A stretch of DNA of 64,000 bases from Tubulanus polymorphus (taxonomy: Eukaryota > Animalia > Nemertea): positions 6,634,001 to 6,698,000 of the forward strand of contig NC_134031.1 in the NCBI RefSeq assembly GCF_964204645.1, given 5' to 3'. The notes under the pieces were generated by a model, which did no database searches, had not been told where the DNA came from, and saw only the letters and a list, made by a program, of their open reading frames with translations. Of the stretch, positions 24,424 through 38,729 are shown piece after piece (within the stretch, counting starts at the first letter, position 1; every line of letters begins with the position of its first letter). The translations under genes and the position numbers were made by a program.

Positions 24424-27400
24424 TATTGGGGTGATAAATTAGTAGTTTGCATAGAGGAAGGGAAGCCAGAGTTCAGGGCAGTGGCTGAAGTTAGTAAACA
24501 ACCTACGTAGATGCTTACGTCGCACATAAGACACTGAATAGAAGATAGGTGAAAGTGACGTATCTGCGTAGGGTTGCTGGTTATAGCGGCAGCCTTGAGC
24601 TCTGGTATGGCTAGGAAGTAAACAAGTAATAAACTCGTGACGTATAACATATGTAGAAGTATACGTCACGAGTAACATGAAATAAGATAAAAAGGGAGGG
24701 TCAGCACAGTAAGGGGGGGAGAGATGCTAGAGTGGCGGAGAAGCCTAAAAATACGAGCTGTAGGAAGGAATAAGAATTGTGCGGGAAAATAAAGAAAGAA
24801 CGTAGACCCACGAGAAGAGTTGTTATTATTCCGGAGTCAGAGGGATATCACTTATCGGATTAATCGGAACCAACAACGACAACACGAGGGGAGAACGCAA
24901 CGTGGCCCCCATAACATTGTTGGAGAACCGAAAGCAAACCCACAACATTGGTGGAGAACAGTGGTGTAGCCTGCACCTCTCGCTGCCAAGCGATCGTGTA
25001 TATTTGGTGAGTGAACAGGGGTGAAGTAAAAGTGTAAGATGAACGTTACATTCCGTAACCGTTATAATTACATGAAATACGGGCCGCTACCGCGGGTTAA
25101 GTTGAAATATTGCGGATAACTCGATCTGTGTATAAAAATCATTCCCGTCTGGAATTAATAGCTGTTTGTTTGTCTTATTCGAGAAATATGTAATCTTCAT
25201 ATCGTCAGATTCAGTTGAAATGAATTATAGAGCTTCCAGTGCGGAAAGTAGTTTTTTCTTTCCATATTTAAATTAATTGAATTATCCGATTTGGTATGGC
25301 GTTTTCGTAAGATCGTGTTTTGGACACTACGTTTTACATGGCAGCAAATTGGATTTACGACTCCGAATTTAGATTCGTGTGAATTAACGGACATAATGGC
25401 GTTCGGAATCGAAGTGATTCTGCGATCATAGCGCGATAAATGAAAAACAGTGGAGTATTAGAGGCATTATACAAACGCATTTCATCATCGGACAGTTCAT
25501 AGATCTGCTACGGGAAATCGACCTTGGAGACGTTCAACGGACTACGATTGCGGCTTATAGTAATTGTAATTAGTATGATATGTATTGCTGCATGTTTTGA
25601 TTGCTTTTATAGAATAATGCTCAGCGTTTTTTGCTTGTGTGCTGGGTTATTGTATCTACGTGGATATAAATATGCACTACGTAAATCTTTTATTGTTTGC
25701 TAAATTTGCTGGATGGTATTTCGCGAAAGAATGATTTATTAGTCTAGGTAAGCCACTTGGTTATCAGTGTAACGATTGAAAGCGCTCACTGCCTGTATAT
25801 ACCTAACAAATAACTGTGGTGTTTATGTGGTTTTAAGAAATATAATGAGTATCGCGAGTTAGTATAGAATATGTTTATTGTGCAAAGGTTAGATTGGGCG
25901 CTCAGTGGTGAATCTTACCGGAGGGGGTTTGAATAGAGTAGTTTATATGATATGAATTAAGGTGGACCAGGGACCTGGATGAAGAGTAAGGGATGCCCTA
26001 GGGGTGGTCCGGAGTAATACGGGGGATTAGAGCCCGAAGGATTAATTCTGAAGATCCTTTGAGACAGTATAATGTTTAGTGGCTAGCCTCTGGGAAAGAT
26101 TGGATATATATGTTGGACATTATTAGGGTCGAATATCAAGAAATACCAAATGGGTGATTCGTCGGCCGGTTCCCTATTTATCCATAGATTTTATTTACTC
26201 CGGTAAGGCGTGACATGGGGGATGATACGGAGATGAGAAATGTCACGATACAGCTAATTGTTAGGTATGCTGAAATGGCCATTCAGGGGATTGGGTTTTT
26301 AGAAGTAAAGGGTTGCTCATTGCGTAATACAATAAGTATGATAAGTATTATTCGGTAGATTGGGTATCTTAACTGAATGGTCGTAGATTGCAGGGATGTG
26401 TGAGCGCTATGTTTTTTTCGGAACTTTCAGTCCGTCTTGACCGGTTTATATACAGGATGATGCGTCGGCCGTTTTACATGTGGGATTATATCCCCTGATT
26501 TGCGGGAAGGAATTAGAACAATTCGAATATCAGATGTGGGTGGTTTGGAAGACCATAGGCCCAGGAGTTAAAGTTGATTTTTGAGAATCGGCTGTTTGAA
26601 TGGCACTGAATGAGTAGTGTCCAGAGGAATTTTCCCTAACTTTTGGGTGATGCATCTTAATGAGTTTTGTGGTCACTTTATGACATCCTTCCATAAATAT
26701 ATGGCGGCCTGCCTGTCTATTTCAACGGTTCCAAGCCGCAAAAAGCAGTTCATGTTATCCCTGCCTAGACTACGGATAAATGTGCTTTCTGAGGCAATGG
26801 GTGGGGACTAGCAGCTGACATCTCAATAATGCGAATGTACGCATGCGGTATATTCATTTTTGGTATGTTTTGGCTTACCTTTATGTTACGTACACATAGA
26901 AAAATTATTATGAAATTGTTTGTGAATTCATTGTTGAGCATGTCTGTTGCCAACGTGTGCTGGGCACATAATAATCAACTAAATGATGTATCTGGCATCT
27001 GTATTAATTTACGTCGTTGATTGGGGTCGGGACAGGTTTGACAAATCATCTGATATCGGATAAGGTAACGGCTGATAGTTTGGACAGTGGGAAATTGACG
27101 TGTTTGCAATGGTAATTTTAAAGACAAATTAGGCTGCACACACTGATTTTTTTTTTGGTAAAGACAACGAGAACGAGGAGAGTCAGAAAGTTGAAGTGGT
27201 TGGTCATATATTGTTAAATTATTAGACTACATGAATGTGGATATAGAGAAATGGGTGATTGTCTATGAAAGCTATTTGGGAAGTTGTGTTTGATATGTTT
27301 TTTTTTGCATGACTACAATTGTATAGGCTTGTTCTCATTAAATGTAAGATCAATATACAGATGTACATGCCCCATAATTGTTATATATTACTGATGAAAA

Positions 27401-28036
27401 GAGTCTCATATTTGATATTTGTAGATGATTGCTTTCCCTTAGATAAAGTTCGTGTGTTAAGTTTATAAGTATTTAGAAATTTTTTTGGCTTACCGTAAAA
27501 TTCTATGGGGTCCATGTAGGTCTCGTTGATGAATAAGATGAACTGATGATGAGTGGGGTGTGTTGCTTAGTTTAGGTAGAAGTTATGTAGGATTGGATAA
27601 TAGGGGAAAGGGTCAGAAATTGTGATTTATGGCTACTTTACAGGTGTTGTTTTTTGGGAAACTACAATAGGGTCTTGTGAATTTTTGGCGATTGGGGACC
27701 AATCGTCTGGGGAGGAGGATAGTATTGGGGTGATAAATTAGTAATTTGCATAGAGGGAGGGAAGCCAGAGTTCAGGGCAGTGGCTGAAGTTAGTAAACAA
27801 CCTACGTACATGCTTACGTCGCACATAAGACACTGAATAGAAGATAGGTGAAAGTGACGTGAGTATCTGCGTAGGGTTGCTGGTTATAGTGGCAGCCTTG
27901 AGCTCTGGTATGGCTAGGAAGTAAACAAGTAATAAACTCGTGACGTATAACATATGTAGAAGTATACGTCACGAGTAACATGAAATAAGATAAAAAGGGA
28001 GGGTCAGCACAGTAAGGGGGAGAGAGATGCTAGAGA
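24424..28036 (+). mobile_element. Degenerate non-coding LTR retroelement (5' LTR about 24424-24947, truncated 3' LTR 27723-28036)
   Basis: ~310-bp direct repeat starting TATTGGGGTGATAAATTAG. ...CAACA followed by TTGGTGGAGAA (tRNA-Ala-type PBS) at about 24948. Polypurine tract GGGGAGGAGGATAG just before 27723. No gag/pol ORF recognised. Confidence 0.8.
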
Positions 28037-29219
28037 TGCTTATACCAACGTCAAGGTCAATCAAAATACCTGAGCAATTGCCCAGTAATGGTTTCACCCT
28101 GCATATATTTTACTAGCCAATCGAGTGATTATACATCATCATTTTGGCAAATTGTTTTGGGATGAAACAATAAGTAAACAAAATACTGTGGACATATAGA
28201 GCTGAATTTGCCACGGAACGAGTGCGAGGTAAGTTTATCTGTATCACGAGAATTTGAAGCTCTATTTCAAACATGTAGATAGTTCGGATCAAAACTTAAA
28301 CGACGTAGTTTCGGTGTCTACATTATTACAATATATAAATCCAGGAAGAAAGACACTCTAAATATTTGGATGGATATATGAAAGCTGTGGGTACTGGAGT
28401 GTGTAATGGGTAGCGTAGTGTGATTTGTGTGCATTTTTGGCCAGCACACAGATCAAATTGTTCAATGGGGTTTGGTCCAGGACTCGCGAGATTTTCAACA
28501 ACACGGAAGTAACGTGTAATAAATGATGACTTGAATTGCATGACTACCTACCACCCCTCATTTTTGTTGGAAAACTAAACGTTCGGCACTGACTAGTAAA
28601 TAAATTAGTAATAACATTTTAGAAATGGCCAGAATTTTAACTTTGGTTCTATCTCATTATTATTTTACAATTGCGATTGGTATAATTCTTTTTTAAACGG
28701 CCGTTAAGGCTTCATGTTTCGTCTGCAATTCACTGCAAATAGTTACGCAACTACGCACATTTCAGTGTTTTTGGCAGCTGTACACTCAATCGGCACCGTT
28801 TGTGACTAGCTTCACTGCGGAATTATCATTAATTAACACCGCCATATCACATCATAAACTTATATTGTGCCTTAACAGCCGAAATAATTGAAATGCACAC
28901 ACGATTTCTATCATTGAAAATTGAGAGAGTGGCCATGTTTGTGTTTGCTGCTTCGCGTAAATCCCGCGCGGTGGCGCAACCGCGCGGAGTGGGGCCGATA
29001 CGTCTAGTTGCGTAAAATGAAGCTTCCCGAAAGCGCTTACCTAAGTTACTTTGAAGAATCTACCTACGGCAAAAAAATCCTGAAATCAAACTATACGGAA
29101 GGTAACGAATATGTAAAAACATTAAGATTGTCCCGTAAAATCAACACACCAATTTCTGCGTTTCTGCATTTCTGCGTTTTGAAGAAACCGCTAACTCGAT
29201 ACAATGATTTTCGGGAGAT

Positions 29220-30331
29220 TTAAATGAATCATCAAACCCCCTATGAAACCACTATTCTGCGTAACTATGTGGGCTCTGTAGCCACACAACCCACCAACAA
29301 TAATCTATCCGTTGAAGGTACACTATTTTCCGATGTGCGGATTACGAATTCTGTACCATCTTCGACGGCTTTAACTTTATCTTTAGTTCTCTTCCGACAA
29401 TCTGAGAATTTGTGTGTCGGGCTTCAACACAATTTACACCATTTTCGCGCACTACTGTTCGAGTCACTCTTCTGGCCACAATATTTTGCAATATGGCTAG
29501 TGTTCTGACACCTGAAGCAAACACGGAACTCTGGTCACGGTTTCTATTAAACACCGGATTGCGCATTTTCATAACGCTGTCAGCTTCACGCGAATTCTGG
29601 GTGGCTTTCTCGGTTTCTTCATAGCTTCTCAAAGTTTGTTTGAAATCGGAGAATTCTTGTGCCTTCTCGTTTTGAGATAATACAACTACAAAGGGCTTAT
29701 ACGATACCGGCAACCCTTTTAATACCATTGCTATTAGCAAACTGTCCGAAATATTCTCATCAGCTTCCCTCAGGGCTGTAGCTGCTTTCTCAGCCCTAAC
29801 GACATAGTCAGTTGTTGACTCTGAATTCGTTTTTACAAAGACGTAAGTTCCGTGTAAAGGGAAATAATTCTCGGTTTTCCCTTACCTTTGTAATGCTGAC
29901 GTAAAATATCCATAGTCTTTTCACCATTGTCCTTACCATCCCGGATTACTAGCGATAAGCTCTTGTCGTCTAAGTATTGTATAATCTCGGCAAATGTCTC
30001 TCTTCATTTTTATCATCGTTCACAACTTTTCCTTCAACGACGTCTTTCAAGTTTGTAACTTGAGATAACCCATTATCCTAATCTCCCAGGATTCAAAATC
30101 TTTTCCTTCTCCACTGAAACAAAGTCTTGCATATCGACCAGGCTCGCGCCTGGGCCCATAACCTGTTGAGGGTTCTGTGTTAGACGCATGAGCCTGGATC
30201 ACTGATTGACTTTGATTAGCCATTTCGAGTGAGTTCGAAGGTCAAATTCGTTTGTATGCAGCTGTAGTAAAAATATGTTTGCATGCAGCTTCGGGTTACT
30301 GACAACATGCAGCTCTAATGAATCCTTAACA
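29220..30331 (-). mobile_element. Copia remnant copy 2 (168-bp LTR 30164-30331, TG...CA; PBS; gag)
   Basis: Inverted copy of 5773-6900; LTR reads TGTTAAGG...CTCAACA. Confidence 0.85.
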
Positions 30332-31283
30332 TTGTCCGTCAAATTAACGCACCAATTTCTGCGTTTCTGCATTTCTGTATTTCTGCGTTTTGAAGAAACC
30401 GACCAGATATCGTTTTCCGCAGGTGCAATTGGGAGATAATTCTAAGCGACGCTTGAAAGTTTTACATGTATGTTCTATTCTGATCTACAATCTTTTCAAA
30501 TACGTGCTCTGTAATAATCCGAAACATCACTGCACCACTAAAATGTATTATCATACATACCCACTACTGATATCTGCAAAACTACCCGTACAGATTGCAT
30601 TCCTGGTAAAACAGAATCAAGACCTTCGTCGATATCGTGAAGGTCCTTCGTTCTATATATGGGATTGAATAGATATATTTCAAATATGTAGATAGATACC
30701 CATCTCTAGAAAAAGTAAAGTATTGTCGATGCTTTGGTTTCAACTTCCATTCTTTATTTGCTAAAATCATTTTCCCTTGCACCAAGAACTGGTAACGTTT
30801 ATGAACGCAATGGTGGAGCTTTGCGCATTCAGCGCTTGTTGGTATCGAAACTAATGATAATAATTCGTTTTCTTACTTGACACTTTACAAATTGAATTTA
30901 ATCTCGGCGCTTTACAAAGTGTAAAGATAAAAATCATAAGATACAATGAAACATTGGGTTATTAAGTAGATATAAAAATATAATCACATTTCAAATGTTC
31001 CTCTAAAAATTACTAGCATCACTTAAGAGCAGATATTAGATTAGCCGCATCTCACTCCAATTATAAGTCTATCTGGTCAAAGAGATCGATGAGTTTTTTT
31101 TAATTTGAATATCTATGTGTATTGGGGACAAAATGTGAAGAAAGTTCTTTAACTGACCATAATATCACTTTTCAAATATGCCTTTTGTTAATATGTTTTG
31201 AGCTTTTATGGAGCGGAAAATAGCCACAGCTACGTCCGGTGGGTGTAGATGAAATACGTGCTATGATATCATTCTCCTGTAAT

Positions 31284-32387
31284 CTATTTCTCGAAACGGG
31301 GCCGAAATAGTTGCATACCAGCTTGTCGGAAATGCGGATTCGTAACGCTATAAATAAAGAAATTAGCGCACGAATCCACCACGGTCATAAGAATGCCGAT
31401 TTTTCGATAAACCATATTAAACCTGTAATTGTTAATATCTATTCCTTGCCCTAAAAGTCGATCAATAAGAAAAATGGATTCGCAGACGATAAAAACGGAC
31501 ACGACTGCGATAACCATTCGCATTACGCGCTGTTCTTTCGTGCCCGATTCTCTCCGGTTGTTCAACTTTGATGACATTTTACTGCGTTTCCTCCTCTTGA
31601 TGAGTAAACTAATAATCAATGCCGCATTTGTTATACATAATGATGTGACTGGAACCATAACAGCTATAATGTATTCAGTCCACTTAAAGATTTTCTGACT
31701 CCAATTGAATAGGAAGCGGCGGACCTTCAGACTTTTGATGAGTGGAACCCCTCTGTTAACTGAAATACTTGGTCCGTATTCACCACATGGCTTAATGAAG
31801 ATAAAGCGCCCCCTGGGGACATATTGGGGTATATACATCGTAACCGCGAAAAGATGTATGAAAATCAATATAGAATTGACGACTTTTCTTGACCAAAATA
31901 TCCGAGATTTCAGCGGAAACATAACGATCATCAGCCGTTCAAAACTCAACAACATTACACACCAGTTACGAGTCAGAAGGAATATGTAATAGCCCCCGTT
32001 GGAAACCTTGATGAAAGCTTTTCCAAATGCCCAGTCGTCCATTCGAAAAAGAATGTCGCCTAACAGCCGGTAAACATGGGCCGTTCTCACAGGGTACATG
32101 ATGAAAACAAACAGCGAGTAGAGCATATCATTGATAGACACGGCTTTAATCAGATAATATGAGCGGTTTCTCATTTTGTCCAAAATGATAATAGTAAAAG
32201 CATTTGAAACTATGCTTATGATTGCTGCCGGTGCATAGAAATAGATGTAAATGTAGACGCTGAACTGATATAACCATTGGATAGTTTTCAATCGCCATTT
32301 GTCACAGTCGGTAAGTTGGATCAGGCTCGTCGTCGTATTTTGCATTTCTATTACGGCTTCGTGCGAGAGTGAACGCGGTGTCTGCAT
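31284..32387 (-). CDS. Intronless rhodopsin-family peptide-receptor-like GPCR (FMRFamide-receptor-like), 367 aa
   Basis: Seven hydrophobic segments. TM1 SN, TM2 ND, TM3 LSFERL..V.FPL (DRY variant), TM6 VFIVCE, TM7 DSCANFFIY, helix 8 FR. Confidence 0.92.
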   Translation of the reverse strand: MQTPRSLSHEAVIEMQNTTTSLIQLTDCDKWRLKTIQWLYQFSVYIYIYFYAPAAIISIVSNAFTIIILDKMRNRSYYLIKAVSINDMLYSLFVFIMYPVRTAHVYRLLGDILFRMDDWAFGKAFIKVSNGGYYIFLLTRNWCVMLLSFERLMIVMFPLKSRIFWSRKVVNSILIFIHLFAVTMYIPQYVPRGRFIFIKPCGEYGPSISVNRGVPLIKSLKVRRFLFNWSQKIFKWTEYIIAVMVPVTSLCITNAALIISLLIKRRKRSKMSSKLNNRRESGTKEQRVMRMVIAVVSVFIVCESIFLIDRLLGQGIDINNYRFNMVYRKIGILMTVVDSCANFFIYSVTNPHFRQAGMQLFRPRFEK

Positions 32388-32738
32388 TGAAAGATCTACT
32401 CGGTATATGGATGAAGGTGGCTGTCACCAGTGCGCGGTACGAACCAATCACTATTCTAAACTTAAACATCAATCACTCCGACTAGAGTAAATTGACATCA
32501 TCGCTCATAGTTCATTCAGATCATCGAATAAATCTGCATCTTTAATGATCCAAACCATTAAGCAAACTGCGAGAAGTAGGAACTTCCAATCGTAAACCAT
32601 TTGACTGTTGCAAATTTCGGTTTATTTTATTTCGGTTTCTCGATTACCATGGCAACCGTTCGTAGATATTTCAAAGAGAATTCAAAACATTTCTGGTTTT
32701 TCTCGCGCGGGAAAACCAAAATGTTTTGAATTCTCACT

Positions 32739-35700
32739 AAGGTAAGAATGAAAAAGGATGTCATGATATAGATTTTGATTAATACAAATTTATCAAAATC
32801 AATTTAAATAAAAAATTTGATATTAAAATGGAAGCAAATAAGAAGTACTACTGTCCAACATGTAAAATCAATATAGATAAATCTCAAAAAGCAAGACATA
32901 ATAATACTAAATCTCACTTAGAGAATAAATTGAAATTAGAATATAAAAAATGATATATTAGAAACTAAATTAGAAGAATCAAAGAATGAAAAAGAAATAT
33001 ATAAATGTGATACATGTAATCAATCATTCAGTAAAAAAAGATATTATAAAGAACATTTAAAATCTAAAACTCATATTAGAAATATAAACAATGATATTTT
33101 AGGGGAAGACTATTTTGATAAAGATATTAGTAAGAAACAAAGCACGATTAAAAGAATAAAAAATAAATTAATCAATAAAAGACCAAACATGGAAGATGTT
33201 AGAAATTATATTAATTCATTAGATAATGTAAAGGCAATAGAAATATCTGAAGCATTTAAAAGTGATATTGGACCAGCTGCTATTAGATTTAAATTTTATA
33301 AAGGCAAAACGTTAGAAAATATGAAAAATATTACAAAAATAATAACTGACGTAGGATATTCCTAAAATTAGTATATCTGCTAAAGTTTAATTTATAAAAT
33401 CTGAAGATAAATCAATATATGATATAAATTCTCATTCACATAATATTATTTTAAAAGAACATATAGATGATAGATTAGATAAATGTTATAATGAAATAAA
33501 AAGTAAAATAGAGAGATATTTTGAAGGATCGGGTTTAATATTTGATGAAATAATATTTATGACTTTACATGTGAGTAATTGTATATATGTCGTTCTAGAT
33601 CAAAGGTCGAACGGTCGAGCTCATAAAAAAAACAAATATTAAAAGTAATTTAAAACTATAATATATTTTCATAGCCGTGTGTATTTTGTATTATAAATAA
33701 ATATTTATTCTAAGATATTAATTATTTAAATTTTAAAAGCATATTGTGTTAAATCAATTGGTCACGTCACTTCGCTCCGCTCCCAATTGATTTAATTACA
33801 ATACACAATAAAGAATATATTCATATAATCAAATATATTCTAATAATTATTATTATTCTATTATTTAATCTATAATACACACGACCATGAAAAAATGTAT
33901 TATAGTTTTAAATTACTTTTGATATTTGTTTTTTTAATGAGCCCAATCCCAATCTTTCAACCTTTGATCTAGAACGACATATATACAATTACTATAATAT
34001 TTTATATATGGATATTTTAAATATAAATAACATATTAATGAAAACAATTTTGATAAAAAAATTGATATCAAAATGGAGAGTAAACAAATACGCAATGAAT
34101 TCCTAGCTAGAATCAAAGATACTACAAACGTTAATTCTGTTGATTATAAATTTAAAAACTTAACAGAATTAACAATTTATATGAAATATTTAATTACAAA
34201 TATTGAAACAATTACTAATAGGTATGGAGATAAATTAGTTATCCACTTAGAATATGAAGGATAAAAAGGTTACAAATATACATTCAGAACATATTTACCA
34301 GATAGATTTCATAGAATATCTAGTGAGGATATTGAAGATTTATGTTCTGGTGTTTTTTATTTCATATATAAAGGTAAGAATGAAAAAGGGCACAATGATA
34401 TAGATTTCGAATAAAAAATACGTAAAATAAATGGTAGAATTAAAAGAATATAGAATATTTGTTGATTATAGAAAACTGACAAATTATAAATCACATAATT
34501 TACTAGTACAATTAGATAGAGAATTTAAAAATTGTGTAGATTTAAAATTAGTTGATATTAGTTTATGTAATTGTTTTTATAATATATCAGATGAAAGTCT
34601 TGAACATAGACTGTTTATGATTTATGATAGAAATAAAAATCAATGATATCATATGTTTTTAAAACTAGGATTATATAATTAAGAAACATAAGCGCAAGAA
34701 ATTAATAGAAGAGCTACTTTATTATCTGCTGGATTTAAAATCAGATTTTTAAAAAGTGATACTAATAATAAAGTAAGAATAAAGTTAGCTAATATCGAAC
34801 AACACAAATTTATGGTAAGAAAACCATTAGCTAAACTGCCAGGACTTACACCAAATAAAACTTGTACAAATGTTGATTCTACACCAAATATTATGCCTTT
34901 CACACACTTTTATAGTTATTGAAATTTAATTGATCCTAGAAAAATATTAGCAACTAAAGATACAATTTGTAATTCTTGTTTATTGAATATTTTACCATTG
35001 AAGAATTTTAAAGAATTTGGAATGCAAATAAATTATAATTTAACTGAATGTGATTTTAAACCTTGTATTCCACAATTTGATAATTTTAGATTAGAAGTAA
35101 GAAATCATAATAGTTACTTAATTGATTTAGATAATTTTCCCGTAATTTATGAATTAGTTATAAGATGTAAAGAGTAATTTTTTGATATATAGATATGAAC
35201 ATAACGGTAGGCCCGAGTATATGTTTTGGATTTGATTTTAAACGTGAGAAAAAAATGAAATTTAACATTAATGATGTAATAATTCATATCAAAAATATTG
35301 CATTTTTTGATGAAACAACATTTTAATATGAAATAAATAAAAGAAACTTATATTGCAGAAAAAATTCCTGATTTGATTAGAAATTCTTTAAGATCTTATG
35401 AATTAGATGAAGATTTTATTATCGATGATATTAAAAGAATAATAACTGAAATATATAAAAATGAAACAAATAATATTATAAATGTTGAAATGATTATAAA
35501 TAAGATAACTAAATATTTTGAAGAAGGTGATTTTTTGATAAATAAATGAGTGATAATAAGTGGATAATAACTGGTTTATATAATGGAGCATTACTATCAG
35601 TTGGAACAGTTGTTTATACAATGTTATTGAAGAAAGTATTCAAAATGGGAAATATTAATGTTGATAGATTTGATATAAATGATATTTTAAAATTAACATT

Positions 35701-35985
35701 AGCAGTAACCTTATCTAATTTAACTATTGATTATTTGGGATAACAAAAATATATTCCTCCTATAAACGCATAATTTTTGTTAAATAAATGGCATCTGCAT
35801 TTATAACTATTATAGGATCGGCAATTGTTAACGCTTTAGCATTTACTGGCGGGGGATATTTATTTAAGCATATTGATAAAAATGGTTCATTATCAGAACA
35901 AAAAAGACATAACTTAGCATTAGAGAAATATAATAAAACTGCAGATGAATATAGAGAAAAGAGAAATATAGCTGCAAAGCAGCGA
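32739..35985 (+). mobile_element. Degenerate Polinton-related remnant, duplicate of 1810-4635 with a more complete minor capsid gene
   Basis: Colinear with 1810-4635; palindrome 33574-33993; mCP pseudogene 34431-35177; small ORFs 35546-35743 and 35788-35988. Confidence 0.85.
33574..33993. repeat. 420-bp palindrome, copy of 2638-3057
   Basis: AGTAATTGTATATATGTCG...CGACATATATACAATTACT. Confidence 0.9.
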
Positions 35986-36144
35986 TGACGGGTTTTCTGC
36001 GAAGCCATTCACTAGGATGATGGGAATTGTTGTAAATTGAAATACTGATACATAGAATAAAATGCATTGACAGATTCGAACCTAATATGCAACCACTGTG
36101 TAAACGTCAAATGTGATTCAGCTTTGAAACCGAACATACGTGGA

Positions 36145-38000
36145 CTACAATCAACAAATATGAATTTATTCGACCAGGCATTTATTTTGGCATTCAAACA
36201 TCATGATCCTGTTTTAACACCACGCTAAAAATGGATCTGTCCTATTAAGAACTCATCTTAAGCACCTGCTGAGTCAATAGATTGAGTAAATTTACAGATA
36301 AGAACGTAGAACGTATAAAATAGTAATAATAGTAATGATAATAATAATAATGATAATTATTATTATTATTATCATAATAATTACAACCGTAATTATAATT
36401 ATAATTTACTGGAATAAGCCTTTCATTGCCATTGAGCAGATGGAAGATAGATGAATCGAAAAAATGCTTATGCTGGAATGAATTTCGTTATGATCAATAT
36501 GTACTATATGTTTGCTTCTTAAACCTGCTTTTCAATGAAATAATTGATGGGGCGGATTTTATAACGTGCGATTGAGCCTGCTACAATGACGGTGCTTTGC
36601 GAAGAAAAGATGAATTCAGTATATGGGATTTATGTAGTTGTATTCTGGGAAAATTCCGTGATCTAGTATTGTATTGATGATTAAATGAATTTTGATCAAA
36701 TAAATTAATTAGCGGCTGTGGAAGAGCATTGTTAATTACTCCGTGGACCAGTTTGAGATGTTCTAAGGTGATCAAATCTTCGCATTTTAGTATTTTTATA
36801 TTTCTGGAAAATGGGAGATGTAGGTGTATTAAATATGGCACCATCTAATGTTCGGATAGCTTTCCTTTGCAGATAATTAATTGTTTTCAAATGTTTTTTG
36901 TATATAAGTGGTCCCCATAAGGAAAGGCAATAGGTTAGGTGTGTATTTATATAGCTGAAATAAAGAAGACGTTTACACCAATACGGCAATAAATTTTTAA
37001 CACTTCTCAGTAAAATATATTCTTATTCAGTTTAGAGCATAATGCTTTGATGTATTCGTCAAATGTGTATAAATTATCAACAATGAGACCTAAAAATTTA
37101 TGTGAGCGAAAAAAAGCAATGTTGGTGTTACCAAAAGTTAGTAAGGGATCGTCTTCATTTGTACCTTTGGGTGTAAAAAAAAGTCCGGACGTTTTTGAAA
37201 TATTTAAGGTCAATTTACTCGCCTTGAACCAATCGGTGACTATTATGGAGTCATTCTTCATAAGAGTTGAGATAGTATTCAATTTTTTCCGTTCATACTA
37301 AGTGTTGTGTCGTCGGCAAAAAGTATTCCCTTACAAAATTTTAGATTTTGACAAATAACATTTGAATATATCGAAAACAAAAGTGGTCCTAGGACGGAAC
37401 CTTGAGGAACTCCATATTCTATGGAATCGATTTCAGAACAAGTATTGTTATAAATGACAAAGATTTTACGATTTTCAAATAAGATTTGAACCAGTCAAAA
37501 GCGACCCCACGAATCCCGTAATAATGGAACTACTTTGGCTACTTTCATCTGGTCTGGAAAGTGACCTTCAATTATGGATTTATTGAATACAATAGTTAGG
37601 GGTTGGCTAATTTCCATAGAAATACGTTTAGCGAGTTATTACTTATCTCTCATCGAGACCCGCACTATATTTATTTGAAAGTGAATTGATATGTTCAAGT
37701 ACCTCGTCAGTTTTTGTTGGAGTTAAAAAATTTAATTTTTATTACGAGTCCCTAGATATGATTCAAAAGATTTATTTGGCGATATTTTGTCTGCATAATT
37801 TTTACCCACTGTATTAAAGAAATTATTAAATGAATTAGCTATATGAGCGTTGTCAGTAGCTGTTTTCCCCTGAAGTCACTAATTATTGAACTTTTATCAT
37901 TGAATTTGCCCATTGATGATTTTAGGATATACCAAAGTTTCCTGCTGTCACATTTAAATGACTCAATTTGTTTTACATAGTAGGATTTAGCAGCACGTTA
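36145..38000 (-). mobile_element. CR1/L2-group LINE, degenerate RT and 3' UTR
   Basis: The minus strand gives GVPQGSVLGPLLF (about 37375-37415), LFADDT (about 37305-37325) and WFKASKLTLNISKT; TAA/TAT microsatellite in the 3' UTR. Confidence 0.85.
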
Positions 38001-38729
38001 ATAGCTGTTTGCTTGACTTATTCGAGAAATGTGTAATCTTCATATCATCAGATTCAGTTGAAATGAATTATAGAGCCTCTAGTGCGGAAAGTGATATTTA
38101 AATTAATTGAATTAACCGATTTGCTGTGGCGTTTTCTTAAGATCGTGTTTTGGACGCTACGTTTTACATGGCAGCAAATGTGATTTACTCGAATTTGGAT
38201 ACTTGTGTATTAACGAAATTAATGGCGTTCGGAAACGAAGCGATTCTGCGACCATAACGCGTTAAATGAAAAACAGTGGAGTATTAGAGGCATTATCCAA
38301 ACGCATTTCATCATCGGACAGTTCACAGATCTGCTACGGGAAATCGACCTTGGAGACGTTCTTAAAGTTAATAGTATAATATGTATTTCTAAATGTTTTG
38401 ATTGTTTTTATAGAATAAGCGTTTCTAAGTTGCGTGTGCTTGGTTATTTATCCATACTATAAAGCAGAACGGACGGTATTTACCGCGACAGATTATAGGG
38501 AAATTAATGCATGTATTGAAACGTCATTTTACTGAGGCTTAATACCAGTTTTTCCCGTCATCAAGTTACATGGTTCAAACAGATTGGTGTTCCGAGGGAG
38601 TCATAATATTCATTCTAAGCCCGGGCTAAAATTTAGTTAAAAAAGATGCGTTCGCCAACTAACAGTGAAGTACCGTATTATGCTTCTGTAGTAGTACTAT
38701 AGAAATTTACTGACCTGACCGACTTAAGA

